Shown: one piece after another, positions 11,179 to 20,804 of the stretch | Layout of the letters: each line of letters opens with the position of its first letter | Numbering within the stretch: position 1 is the stretch's first letter | From: a bacterium | GTDB lineage: Bacteria > CLD3 > SB21 | DNA: 58,913 nt | Reading direction: 5' to 3' | Assembly: GCA_013360215.1 (NCBI GenBank) | Contig: JABWCP010000019.1 | Location: forward strand, 1 to 58,913 | The notes under the pieces: generated by a model | Databases searched by the model: none | What the model saw: only the letters and a program-made list of their open reading frames with translations | Told to the model about the DNA's origin: nothing | Program-made: the position numbers and the translations under genes

Positions 11179-11970
11179 TCAGAATATGTAAGAAAAGATC
11201 AGACGCGTTTCGAGGCGCTCATGTTCATCCAATACCAAACCGTTTTTGGTGGCACCTTTTAGCGCTTTAATCTGCGGCAGGATAGTCAGATTGACCCAAA
11301 AATTTTCCATCGTGTAGCTCAGTGTAGGACCCATAAATAGCGCGGAATGTTCCCACTTGCCTTCGACCACTTCATTGTGATTGCGGGCTTCAATACCCAA
11401 GTACAATCCGTTGCGAACGCGGTAACTATAGCCGAGATCCAATTCGTAAACCGTTTCTTTTTCGTTTTCGATCTCACCGTGTTCTGCTTCTTTTTCAAAT
11501 TCCAGTTCACCGACAAGGTTGAGTGCCAGAATGGAATTCCCGATACGCTTATCAAAGATCAACTTGCCTTCGATTTCGATCTCATTGCGTCCGATACCGT
11601 ATTCGCCATACAATGCAAATCCTACCGGATCGGCCACGGCGTCAAATACTTTGTATTTCCATTCATTAGAAAAACTCAGTTCGGTTGCATTTTCTATTGT
11701 CGAGTCATTGGTCTGAGCCGCCGATGTTTTTGCGTTGATATAAAACGCCGTTTGAAGATTTTTAGCGAAGCCGAGTTCATATTCGATGCGATTTTCAAAT
11801 GCTCTGTAAAATTTTTCGCGGCCCCATTTGAAGGTGACCCAAGGTTCGACTTCACGTTGGCCGACATTGAGCACATTACTTTGGTACGTGTAGTTAAAAA
11901 TACGATCCTGAGCAGTTAATGCATTAAATCCACACCATGTCAAAATCAGGCCCCAAAAAAACGTTTTCAT
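11179..11970 (-). CDS. Exported protein, probable outer-membrane beta-barrel (DUF6662-like)
   Basis: Signal peptide; alternating hydrophobic strands; C-terminal RLIFSYIF barrel signature. Confidence 0.75.
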   Translation of the reverse strand: MKTFFWGLILTWCGFNALTAQDRIFNYTYQSNVLNVGQREVEPWVTFKWGREKFYRAFENRIEYELGFAKNLQTAFYINAKTSAAQTNDSTIENATELSFSNEWKYKVFDAVADPVGFALYGEYGIGRNEIEIEGKLIFDKRIGNSILALNLVGELEFEKEAEHGEIENEKETVYELDLGYSYRVRNGLYLGIEARNHNEVVEGKWEHSALFMGPTLSYTMENFWVNLTILPQIKALKGATKNGLVLDEHERLETRLIFSYIF

Positions 11971-12010
11971 AAAACAATCCTCGGTTATTATTTAATTGGT
12001 TACAATTGAA

Positions 12011-12166
12011 ATTGAGATTCAGTCTCAATATTGGAAATAAAGAAAACAAAATTTATTTTCATATTATCTAATAATTGAGAACAGTTCTCAATGATAATTG
12101 TCATGTTTTTATGTAATTATAATGATTATTTATTTTATTTAATTGAAATTGAGACTTAGTATCAAT
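12011..12166. promoter_or_regulatory. Three 19-bp Fur-like inverted repeats
   Basis: ATTGAGATTCAGTCTCAAT (12011-12029), ATTGAGAACAGTTCTCAAT (12074-12092), ATTGAGACTTAGTATCAAT (12148-12166). Confidence 0.75.
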
Positions 12167-12176
12167 TGATGGTTAA

Positions 12177-12205
12177 TATATATTCATTATTGATTATTTT
12201 GTCAA
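12177..12205 (-). promoter_or_regulatory. Candidate sigma70 promoter of the iron/haem operon
   Basis: TTGACA (12205-12200), 17 bp, TATATA; immediately upstream of the Fur-like boxes. Confidence 0.55.
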
Positions 12206-12535
12206 GAATTATTTTTCAATAACTGATACTTACGAAGTTACTGAGAACCTCATCGTCTATAGTTCTTCCAAAATCTATGGTTTTGGTATATACTCGTATA
12301 ATCCCTTATTCACAAAAGGGCTCGTATTAAACAAAATTGCGTTATCTTACTTTTAAATAAAAAGCATAATAGCCACTGTATTAAGTTGCAAACTCGCGCT
12401 ACATCAGAAGAAGAAATAGACTTTCAAATAAACGCCGACCTTAAAACATTAAGAAAAAATTTGGAAGTAAATACGTCAGGGAGGATAATCAAAAGAAGGA
12501 GAAAAATTTATTCGAAATGGAATAACGATCTTACA

Positions 12536-14248
12536 CTATTCCGCTTCTTTGGCACGTTTAACAAATTCGGGATAAAGTGTGTTAAGGCATTCGGGGCAGA
12601 CACTGTGGGTAAACTCCGCATCGGTATGTTTCTGAAGATACGTTTCGATTTGGCTCCAAAATCCGTGGTCGTCGCGCACTTTTTTACAGTTGGCACAAAT
12701 AGGAAACATGCCGCGTAACTCTTTGACATTGTGCAGCGCTTCTTCGAGGTCACTGTTTATTTTCGTCAATTCGGCATTTTTGGCATTCAGCAATTCTTCC
12801 GATTGACGTTTGACGCGATAGCGTTGCCACAGTAACACCAAAACCACGATTAGCGCCAAAAACCCGCCGATCAGCGAATGGCGTACAATTTTACTCTGAC
12901 TGATTTCAAGCGATTTGATCGTACTATCACGCTGTAGAAGTGCGATCTGCTGATCCTTACGCTTGGAATCGTAGAGCAACTGAAGCTCGGCTGTTTTACG
13001 GTTTGCTTCTACACTCTGTAAAGAATCTTTGATCGCGATGTAACCCTTGTACCAAGTCAATGCCTGCGGCAAATACCCCATCGCTTCATAGATTTCCGAA
13101 AACACAAGGCGTACATCACGAATACGATTGCGATTACCCGATGCAAGGTAAATCTGATGCCCCATTCCTGCGTATTGCAAGGCCATATCGTACATTCTGA
13201 GTTTTTTATAATTTTGAGCCAAGCTGACATACGCATTACCTTCGGCGGTTAGATCTTTCACAAACTTTGCCATTTCGAGTGATTGGCGCAGGTATGTCGC
13301 CGCCTCCGCATAATTTCCTTTTCGATTGTGTACGTCGCCAAGGCTTACCAATGTCCACGCCACGCCGGATTTATTATCCAGCTGCTTATACAGCCCGTAT
13401 GCTTTCCGATATAAATGTAAAGCGCTATCCAAGCGTTCCTGCTTTTCATAAACAGAACCGATATTTAGAAAACAAAGTGCCGTACCGGATTGGGAACCTA
13501 TCTTTTCCTGTATTTCCAACGACTTCTGATAATACTCTAACGCTTCAACATATTTGGATTGCTCCAAAAAAACATTACCGAGATTGATATACGATGTGCC
13601 TAGGCTTTTTTGGTCGCCGGCTTCTTGGGCAATTTTGAGCGATTTGAAATAATATTCCAAAGCCTCCTCATGATCGCCCATTTCTACATACACGTTGCCG
13701 ATATTGTTGTATGCGACAGACTGACTTTGTAAATCTGCTCTTCCCTGATACACACCCAACATGTTTTCGTAATAACCCAACGCTTCACGGTATTTACCGC
13801 CGATCATGGCAATGCCGGCAAGACTATTGTAAGCACGCGACAAACCGACCGTATCATTATTATTCATCGCCATTTTCAATGCATCGCCATAGAGACGCTT
13901 GGCGTCATCTACCCGGCCTCGCTGCTCAAAAACGTAACCGAGATAATTGACGGCCTTGACTTCACCAAATTTGTATTTAAAAACACGGCTGAGTTCTTCG
14001 GATTTGCGGATATAATATTCGGCCGAGTCGAGATCCACTTCCAGATATTGGAATGCCAGATCGTGCATCAGATTGACTTTACCGGAATCATACGCCACTC
14101 CCTGAATGGCGGTTTTTAAAACTTCAATGCCCTCTTGCTGAGTCCATCCGTCGTTATAAACCATACCGGCACAAAAAACCGATGACAAAATAACCCAACG
14201 GCGGATGTGTCGAAACCAATGATTACGGAAAGAAAACAAGTAGCGCAT
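12536..14248 (-). CDS. Membrane-anchored TPR sensor with C-terminal CxxC...HxxCxxC domain
   Basis: Signal peptide; repeated YNNIGNVY/ALEYY TPR units; TM helix; coiled coil; PICANCKKVRDD...THSVCPEC tail. Confidence 0.88.
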   Translation of the reverse strand: MRYLFSFRNHWFRHIRRWVILSSVFCAGMVYNDGWTQQEGIEVLKTAIQGVAYDSGKVNLMHDLAFQYLEVDLDSAEYYIRKSEELSRVFKYKFGEVKAVNYLGYVFEQRGRVDDAKRLYGDALKMAMNNNDTVGLSRAYNSLAGIAMIGGKYREALGYYENMLGVYQGRADLQSQSVAYNNIGNVYVEMGDHEEALEYYFKSLKIAQEAGDQKSLGTSYINLGNVFLEQSKYVEALEYYQKSLEIQEKIGSQSGTALCFLNIGSVYEKQERLDSALHLYRKAYGLYKQLDNKSGVAWTLVSLGDVHNRKGNYAEAATYLRQSLEMAKFVKDLTAEGNAYVSLAQNYKKLRMYDMALQYAGMGHQIYLASGNRNRIRDVRLVFSEIYEAMGYLPQALTWYKGYIAIKDSLQSVEANRKTAELQLLYDSKRKDQQIALLQRDSTIKSLEISQSKIVRHSLIGGFLALIVVLVLLWQRYRVKRQSEELLNAKNAELTKINSDLEEALHNVKELRGMFPICANCKKVRDDHGFWSQIETYLQKHTDAEFTHSVCPECLNTLYPEFVKRAKEAE

Positions 14249-14470
14249 GTTTAATGAATGTATGTTGAGAAAACCGAAAGATATGCCTTGAACGCTTTAA
14301 AATACCGTTATGAGACCTCAGAATCAACAGCTTATTGGGCGATTGTACAATACAAGTAGTTCTACGTACTTATTTCCTAACCCTAAAATGGCGAGATATT
14401 TTCATATTTCTCCATGTTTTTTGCCGGTTTTTCATCCGCTTTATAAAACAACTCTAAATAGGAAAAAGAA

Positions 14471-14499
14471 TTGCATTTATTGAGGTTTTGGCCTATCTT
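14471..14499 (+). promoter_or_regulatory. Sigma70-type promoter
   Basis: TTGCAT, 17 bp, TATCTT upstream of the PPIase gene. Confidence 0.6.
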
Positions 14500-14570
14500 G
14501 CCCAGCTTTAATATGAAGCCGTAAATAATTATCAAATTGACTATAAAGTTATTGCAGGAGAAATGCTCGT

Positions 14571-16427
14571 ATGATGACGTGGATTCGTGAAAAAACGCAC
14601 TGGTTACTCTATGCGTTGATCGTGTTTTTTATCGCCCTGATCGTGATCGAATGGGGCGCCAACTACACTGACATCGCCAATAAATCCCGCGGCACGATCG
14701 GCAAAATCAACGGTGAGGATATTCGCTACGCCGACTTTGCTACCGTGTATAACAACCAGATGAATAATGCCCGCGCCCAAAAAGACGGCGAAGCGTTGAC
14801 CGATGCGGAGATGGAGCAACTCAGCGACCAGATTTGGAACCAAATCGTCGAAGAAAAATTGCTGCGCGAATACATGAAAGAAAATCATGTTGCGGTCGGC
14901 GATACGGAAGTGGTATTTGAATTGCGCAACAATCCTCCGGAGTTTATCAAAAACACACCTGCGTTTTTGACCGACGGTAACTTTGATATGAATAAATACC
15001 AGCAAGCGCTCAATAATCCTCAGTACGCCAAAGAATGGGCGCAGGTCGAACAAATGCTGCGTATGCAAATGCCGTACAATAAGCTTCAGGCTATGATTGC
15101 TACCTCACCTCGTATCAGCGAAAGCGAATTGCGTCAAGAGTATGCCCGCCGCAATATCAAGCTGAACGGTCAGATTGTATTTTTTAGCCCCGCAGATATT
15201 CCCGCATCCAGCGTACAAGTGACCGATGCGGAAGCGCAGTCGTATTACGACAACCACAAAGATGATTACAAACAGGAAGAAAAAGCACGCCTTGCTTTTG
15301 TTTCGTTCAGCACGGAAGCTACCAAAGAAGATTCCGCTGAAGTCATCGAACGTGTCAATGAAGTAAAAAAACAAGTTCTCGAAGGTAAAGATTTTGCCGA
15401 ATTAGCCAAACTCAATTCGGTGGATCGTGCGGCCAATCAACAAGGCGGTTCGCTCGGTTGGTTTACCAAAGGAGCGATGGTTCGTGAATTTGAAGAAGCC
15501 TGTTTCAACGCCAAAAAAGGTGATGTGATCGGCCCTGTAATTACGTCTTTCGGTTATCACATTATTAAAATTGACTCCACGCGTTTTGTCAAAGATAAAA
15601 AAACACGTGCGAAAAAAGCCGGCGAAGCCGAAGACCGTGATAGTGTCTTGGCGCGCCATATTCTTATTCGCATGGAAGCCAGCCAGACGACGATCGAGAC
15701 AGCCCGTGAGAATGCCAACGCATTTTATGAAACAGCCAAAGATAACGGATTTGACAAAGCGCTCGAAAAATACGCATCACGCTTTAACCTAACGCCCGAC
15801 ACGACGCTGGACATCGTCAATAATGAAAACGGTATCGTTGCCGGTTTTGCCGAACGCATGAAAAACGTGACACGTTTTGCCTTTACCGAAAAAGTCGGTG
15901 CGGTCCATCGCCCGCATCAAACCGGACGCGGCGTTACAATTTTTGCAATCGTTTCGCGCACCGATAAAGGTATTCAACCTTTTGAAGCCGTCAAAGAACG
16001 CGTTCGCAATACGGTGATGGAAGAAAAACGCATGACGATGGCCTATCAAAAAGCTCAGGAGTTACGTTCCAAAATCAACTCGCTGGCTGACTTAAAGGCA
16101 CTTGATTCTACATTGACTGTACGCGATCTGACTAATTTTACGATGAATAACTCCATCATCGGTGTCGGCCGTGACGCTAAAATCAACGGTGTGTTATTTA
16201 GTACCGCCGTCGGTGCACTGAGTGAAGCTATCAAAGGCAATCGCGGTGCCTACATTGCATTTGTCGCTACTCGTGATGATATCAACGAATCCCAATTCCG
16301 CGATGCCCGGAATGATCTACGTCGCCAATTGCAAAGCACAAAACAACAACGTGCTTATCGCGACTGGGTCGAAAGCATGAAAAAGCAAGCGTCCATCAAA
16401 GACTTCCGACCGGAATTTAATTTGTAA
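14571..16427 (+). CDS. Periplasmic chaperone / parvulin PPIase, PpiD-like with SurA N-terminal domain
   Basis: N-terminal TM anchor; DFAELAK..S.D...GGSLGWF...MVREFEEA...GYHIIK rotamase domain; CAGGAG RBS. Confidence 0.9.
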   Translation: MMTWIREKTHWLLYALIVFFIALIVIEWGANYTDIANKSRGTIGKINGEDIRYADFATVYNNQMNNARAQKDGEALTDAEMEQLSDQIWNQIVEEKLLREYMKENHVAVGDTEVVFELRNNPPEFIKNTPAFLTDGNFDMNKYQQALNNPQYAKEWAQVEQMLRMQMPYNKLQAMIATSPRISESELRQEYARRNIKLNGQIVFFSPADIPASSVQVTDAEAQSYYDNHKDDYKQEEKARLAFVSFSTEATKEDSAEVIERVNEVKKQVLEGKDFAELAKLNSVDRAANQQGGSLGWFTKGAMVREFEEACFNAKKGDVIGPVITSFGYHIIKIDSTRFVKDKKTRAKKAGEAEDRDSVLARHILIRMEASQTTIETARENANAFYETAKDNGFDKALEKYASRFNLTPDTTLDIVNNENGIVAGFAERMKNVTRFAFTEKVGAVHRPHQTGRGVTIFAIVSRTDKGIQPFEAVKERVRNTVMEEKRMTMAYQKAQELRSKINSLADLKALDSTLTVRDLTNFTMNNSIIGVGRDAKINGVLFSTAVGALSEAIKGNRGAYIAFVATRDDINESQFRDARNDLRRQLQSTKQQRAYRDWVESMKKQASIKDFRPEFNL

Positions 16428-16453
16428 GCGCTTATTCAAAAATCGTTCTTCAG

Positions 16454-16485
16454 GAAATCCGGATGATGAATCCGGATTTCTTATT
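16454..16485 (+). terminator. Stem-loop after the PPIase gene
   Basis: GAAATCCGGAT-gatga-ATCCGGATTTC followed by TTATT. Confidence 0.65.
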
Positions 16486-16519
16486 GGATGATGATTAGTT
16501 TTTTAATAGATTCCTCATT

Positions 16520-16810
16520 ATGAAACCCATTACGGCAATCGCCACCCAAACGGAACATGAAGTTTCCGAATCAACCACGTTAGATCATCCTTTACGTGTC
16601 ATCCTTTTCAATGACGACATCCATACCTTTGATGAAGTGATCGCTCAGGTGATCAAAGCCATCGGGTGTACCGCTCAAAAAGCCGAAGCTATCGCATGGG
16701 AAGTGCATACCCGAGGAAAAGCCGTCGTTTATGAAGGTGATTTAGGGGAATGTTTGCGGGTCAGCAGCGTACTTGAGGAAATCGGCTTACACACTCAGAT
16801 CGAACCCTGA
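16520..16810 (+). CDS. clpS: ATP-dependent Clp protease adaptor ClpS
   Basis: VILFNDDIHTFDEVI...EVHTRGKAVV motif. Confidence 0.92.
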   Translation: MKPITAIATQTEHEVSESTTLDHPLRVILFNDDIHTFDEVIAQVIKAIGCTAQKAEAIAWEVHTRGKAVVYEGDLGECLRVSSVLEEIGLHTQIEP

Positions 16811-16822
16811 TCGGTTCTCTCC

Positions 16823-17812
16823 TTATTCGTTTTTTCCATTTCGCATTCTTGTACTTGTGATATGCGCTTCGTTGTGGCCTTCGATAGGTTCCAGATGCGA
16901 TGTGATTTCTGTTTCTATCGGAAATGTATCGGCGATAACTTTTTCGATAGCCGTAGCCTGGGCATGTGCCTGCACGATCGTCAAGCTTTCATGAAACAAA
17001 AGATGAAACTCAATGATGATCCGATTTCCTGAACTGCGGTGCTTTAAATCATGAAAACGAATTCCGTACTTTTGTGTTTCCGCTTGCAGGATAGATTCTA
17101 ATTTGGTTTGCGTCTCCGGATCGGCTTCATCCATCAATCCGCCAAACGCCTGACGTATCAATTTGCCTCCCGACCATAAAATATTGAGCGCTACTAAAAT
17201 AGCCACGATCGGATCAAACGATAACCATCCCGTCACCATTGTTAACACTAATCCGAAAATCACCCCGAAACTGGTCCAACTGTCGGTCAGAACGTGTTTG
17301 CCATTGGCTATCAAAATCAGCGAGTGATTCTTCTTACCTTTATGAACGAGATACCAACCCAAGGCCGCGTTGACGGCTGTGGCTATCACTACGAACATCG
17401 TGCCCGACTCAATATTATTGATTTCCAATCCGCGAATCCATTTCATCACCGATTCGTAAATAATATACAGCGCCGCCATCACGATCATTGCACCTTCCAA
17501 TCCGGCCGAAAAAAAACTGATACGATCGTGCCCGTAGGGATGATTTTTATCGGGGGGTTGCGTACTCAACCAGAGGCTATACGCGGCAAAGGATACCGCC
17601 AGAACGTGAACTACCGACTCTGCCGCATCCGAAAGAATCGCAGCGGAACCGGTAATAAAGTAAGCGTATATCTTCATCGCAAACATTCCAAATCCGATAA
17701 ACAATGACCAACGCATGGCGATTTTATTGTCATGCACGGTAAGTGCGGCAGTTTTGGTGTCCGTTTGCGAAGAAACGTGAATCGGATTTTCGGGTGCTAT
17801 AGATTTTTCCAT
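16823..17812 (-). CDS. Cation diffusion facilitator transporter (FieF-like)
   Basis: SAAILSDAAES, HPYGH and HVLTD motifs; start placed at MEKS (17812) rather than the ORF-track 17920. Confidence 0.9.
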   Translation of the reverse strand: MEKSIAPENPIHVSSQTDTKTAALTVHDNKIAMRWSLFIGFGMFAMKIYAYFITGSAAILSDAAESVVHVLAVSFAAYSLWLSTQPPDKNHPYGHDRISFFSAGLEGAMIVMAALYIIYESVMKWIRGLEINNIESGTMFVVIATAVNAALGWYLVHKGKKNHSLILIANGKHVLTDSWTSFGVIFGLVLTMVTGWLSFDPIVAILVALNILWSGGKLIRQAFGGLMDEADPETQTKLESILQAETQKYGIRFHDLKHRSSGNRIIIEFHLLFHESLTIVQAHAQATAIEKVIADTFPIETEITSHLEPIEGHNEAHITSTRMRNGKNE

Positions 17813-17919
17813 AATTTTTTTTAAATTGAAAACCGCATCAATGTACGTATCTGAAAAGCTAAACAATAACATTTTTTTGCTTAGCATGAGACAAGGTCTC
17901 ATGCGTGTGCATAAAATCA

Positions 17920-17947
17920 AATAACCCGACCTATGGGCCGGGTTATT
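17920..17947 (-). terminator. Stem-loop downstream of gltX
   Basis: AATAACCCG...CGGGTTATT inverted repeat. Confidence 0.55.
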
Positions 17948-18005
17948 GAATTACAAAATCTTCAACACAAAATGCGGTTTTACATTATCGAATCATAACC
18001 GTTTC

Positions 18006-19475
18006 TTATTTCGCAGATTGCGCTTCACCGACGATGCGATCATATACATCAATAGCGCGACGCATACGGCGTATGACGGCTTCCTTACCGATCACTTCAA
18101 GAAGTTCAAATAATCCCGGTCCAAGAGTCATTCCGGAAATCGCAATGCGTACCGGATGAATAAGTTCACTGGCCTTGATTTTGAGTTCTTCGGAATAACC
18201 GCGAAATACGGCTTCGATGTCCGCATGAATGAATGACGGCGTATTTTCTAAGCGGCCGGCCAATTCCGTCAAATAGGTTTGAGCCTGTGGTGTCCAGCGT
18301 TTGCGTACTCCTTCCGGATCATAGGTATCGGGATCGCGGAAAAAATAACTCGAAAACGTCAACACTTCGGATATAAAATTGACGCGTTCTTTCATCAAGC
18401 TTATCGCACGCAAAACATATTGTTTGGGATAATCGGAATAACCCGCTTTTTCCAAATCCGGTTTAAGGATCGCATAGATTTCATCATCCGAAAGTTTTCG
18501 AATATACATCGTGTTGATCCAATTCAACTTTTGAATATCAAACACGGCACCGGCTTTGTGAATACGTTCGATCGAAAATTCTTTGATCAGTTCGTCCATC
18601 GAAAAAATTTCGCGATCATCACCGGGATTCCAACCCAGCAAAGCAATAAAATTGACCAGCGCATCGCGCAGATAACCTTTGGGCGGATACGCGCGCGCCT
18701 CGGTATCACCTTGGCGTTTGCTCATTTTGCTGCGATCGGAGTTGAGAAGGAGCGGAAGATGAGCAAACTCCGGCGCTTTCCAGCCAAAATACTGATATAG
18801 CAGAACGTGCTTCGGCGTGCTGGAAACCCATTCTTCTCCGCGAATCACATGGGTGATTTCCATAAGATGATCGTCCACGACATTGGCAAGATGGTACGTC
18901 GGATACCCATCGGATTTCATCAATACCTGATCGTCCACGTTGTCGGAAGTAAACTCCACATCGCCGCGAATATGATCTTTAAAACGAATTACCGTATTAT
19001 CCGGCACACGCATACGAATAGTGTGCGGCTCTCCGGCCGCGATTTTTTTCTCAACTTCCTCTGCGGATAGACGCAAACACGTGCGATCATATTTGGGAGG
19101 GAGTTTGGATTTTTCCTGAAATTTACGCATTTGATCAAGACGTTCCGCCGTACAAAAGCAGCGATAGGCCTTACCTTCCGTGAGCAATTGCTCCGCATAC
19201 TGTTTATATAAATGAAGGCGTTCGGATTGATAATAGGGGCCAAATGACCCGCCGATGCCTGGTCCTTCGTCAACTTGTATGCCGGCCCACGCCAGCATAT
19301 TCATAAAATCATCCACAGCGCCTTCGACCAGGCGCGTACGATCCGTATCTTCGACACGTAAGATAAATTTTCCGCCATGATGACGTGCAAATAAATAATT
19401 ATACAAGGCTGTGCGAAGACCGCCGATGTGAAGGAAACCCGTAGGGCTTGGGGCATAACGAACACGAACTGACAT
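18006..19475 (-). CDS. gltX: Glutamate--tRNA ligase
   Basis: RYAPSPTGFLHIGG (HIGH) and KMSKR (KMSKS) motifs. Confidence 0.97.
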   Translation of the reverse strand: MSVRVRYAPSPTGFLHIGGLRTALYNYLFARHHGGKFILRVEDTDRTRLVEGAVDDFMNMLAWAGIQVDEGPGIGGSFGPYYQSERLHLYKQYAEQLLTEGKAYRCFCTAERLDQMRKFQEKSKLPPKYDRTCLRLSAEEVEKKIAAGEPHTIRMRVPDNTVIRFKDHIRGDVEFTSDNVDDQVLMKSDGYPTYHLANVVDDHLMEITHVIRGEEWVSSTPKHVLLYQYFGWKAPEFAHLPLLLNSDRSKMSKRQGDTEARAYPPKGYLRDALVNFIALLGWNPGDDREIFSMDELIKEFSIERIHKAGAVFDIQKLNWINTMYIRKLSDDEIYAILKPDLEKAGYSDYPKQYVLRAISLMKERVNFISEVLTFSSYFFRDPDTYDPEGVRKRWTPQAQTYLTELAGRLENTPSFIHADIEAVFRGYSEELKIKASELIHPVRIAISGMTLGPGLFELLEVIGKEAVIRRMRRAIDVYDRIVGEAQSAK

Positions 19476-19480
19476 ACTTT

Positions 19481-20728
19481 TTATATCTCCTTTGCAACTT
19501 TTTCGAGAATCTTCCGGGCGACTTGCGCTTTGCTCATTTTGGGCCAGCGCAGAATACTATTTTTATCTATGATTGTTACGATATTGGTGTCGGTATTAAA
19601 ACCTGCACCTTGTTCTTTGGGGTTATTGGCTACAATAAAATCCAGGTTTTTTGCATGCAATTTGCGCTGCGCATTTTCTATTTCCTGATCGGTTTCAAGA
19701 GCAAATCCCACGACATATCGGCGGCCTTTTTGTTTGCCGATATTCGCCAAAATATCCGGCGTGCGTGTCAATTCTAAAGTAATATTTTTCGCGTCGGTTT
19801 TTTTAATTTTTTGTTTTTCCTGTCGTACCGGTTTAAAATCGGCGACCGCAGCGGTCATAATCAACGCATCATGTTTGGTAAACTGCCCACGCACGGCTTT
19901 ATCCATAGCATCGGCTGTCGTAACTTGCATCACCGACACACCCGGCGGCACCGGAAGTGCGGTAGGACCCGAAATCAACGTCACTTCAGCGCCCATCAAC
20001 GCCGCTTCACGAGCGATGGCGTAACCCATTTTACCCGAGGAATGATTGGTCAAAATACGCACCGGATCAAGCGGCTCTTGGGTCGGTCCGGCGGTGATCA
20101 AAACGCGCTTGTTCTTCAGTTCATTTGTGCCCAGCAAAATTTTATCCGCTTCCCAGATCAACGATTCAAACTCGGCAAGGCGCCCTACACCTTCATAACC
20201 TTCAGCTAAAAAGCCGTTACCCGGATCAATAATATGATAACCGTGGTCACGCAATTTTTTGATGTTTTGTTGAACAATGGAATTGGTGTACATGCGATCA
20301 TTCATCGCAACAGCCAACGCTACGGGTTTGGAACAAGCCATGACGATAGTCGTCAGTGCATCATCGGCAATACCTGAAGCGATTTTACCGATCACATTAC
20401 CGCCGGCCGGTGCGATCAGCATGATATCCGGCCACTGGGCGATATTGACATGATGCGTACCCCACATTTCAGGATAATGCGCATCGTGTCCCGGAAACGT
20501 ATCGGTTGTAACGCGGTTATTGGAAAGCGTTTCGATCGTCAGCGGCGTAATAAATTCCGTAGCATTTTTGGTCATGACCACGCGCACTTCCGCACCCGAT
20601 TTGACAAAATAACGGATCAGCTCGGCGATCTTATATGCCGCGATACCACCGGTAATACCGATCAGTATTTTCTTTCCGGAATATTTTTCAGAATCGTTTG
20701 CCATCATGCCAGAGGTTTGCTGTATCAT
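19481..20728 (-). CDS. coaBC: Bifunctional phosphopantothenoylcysteine decarboxylase / synthetase
   Basis: GITGGIAAYK, TAGPTQEPLDPVR.LTNHSSGKMG and VGFALET motifs; start may be 20707 or 20704. Confidence 0.96.
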   Translation of the reverse strand: MIQQTSGMMANDSEKYSGKKILIGITGGIAAYKIAELIRYFVKSGAEVRVVMTKNATEFITPLTIETLSNNRVTTDTFPGHDAHYPEMWGTHHVNIAQWPDIMLIAPAGGNVIGKIASGIADDALTTIVMACSKPVALAVAMNDRMYTNSIVQQNIKKLRDHGYHIIDPGNGFLAEGYEGVGRLAEFESLIWEADKILLGTNELKNKRVLITAGPTQEPLDPVRILTNHSSGKMGYAIAREAALMGAEVTLISGPTALPVPPGVSVMQVTTADAMDKAVRGQFTKHDALIMTAAVADFKPVRQEKQKIKKTDAKNITLELTRTPDILANIGKQKGRRYVVGFALETDQEIENAQRKLHAKNLDFIVANNPKEQGAGFNTDTNIVTIIDKNSILRWPKMSKAQVARKILEKVAKEI

Positions 20729-20737
20729 CCATAAACG

Positions 20738-20781
20738 GCAAATTCCAAATAACCGGCGTTATACCGGCATTTGGAATTTGC
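20738..20781. repeat. Intergenic inverted repeat (REP-like hairpin)
   Basis: GCAAATTCCAAAT...ATTTGGAATTTGC 13-bp perfect arms plus an inner CCGG stem. Confidence 0.7.
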
Positions 20782-20804
20782 ATCGAAACTTTTGTAAAAC
20801 GCGG

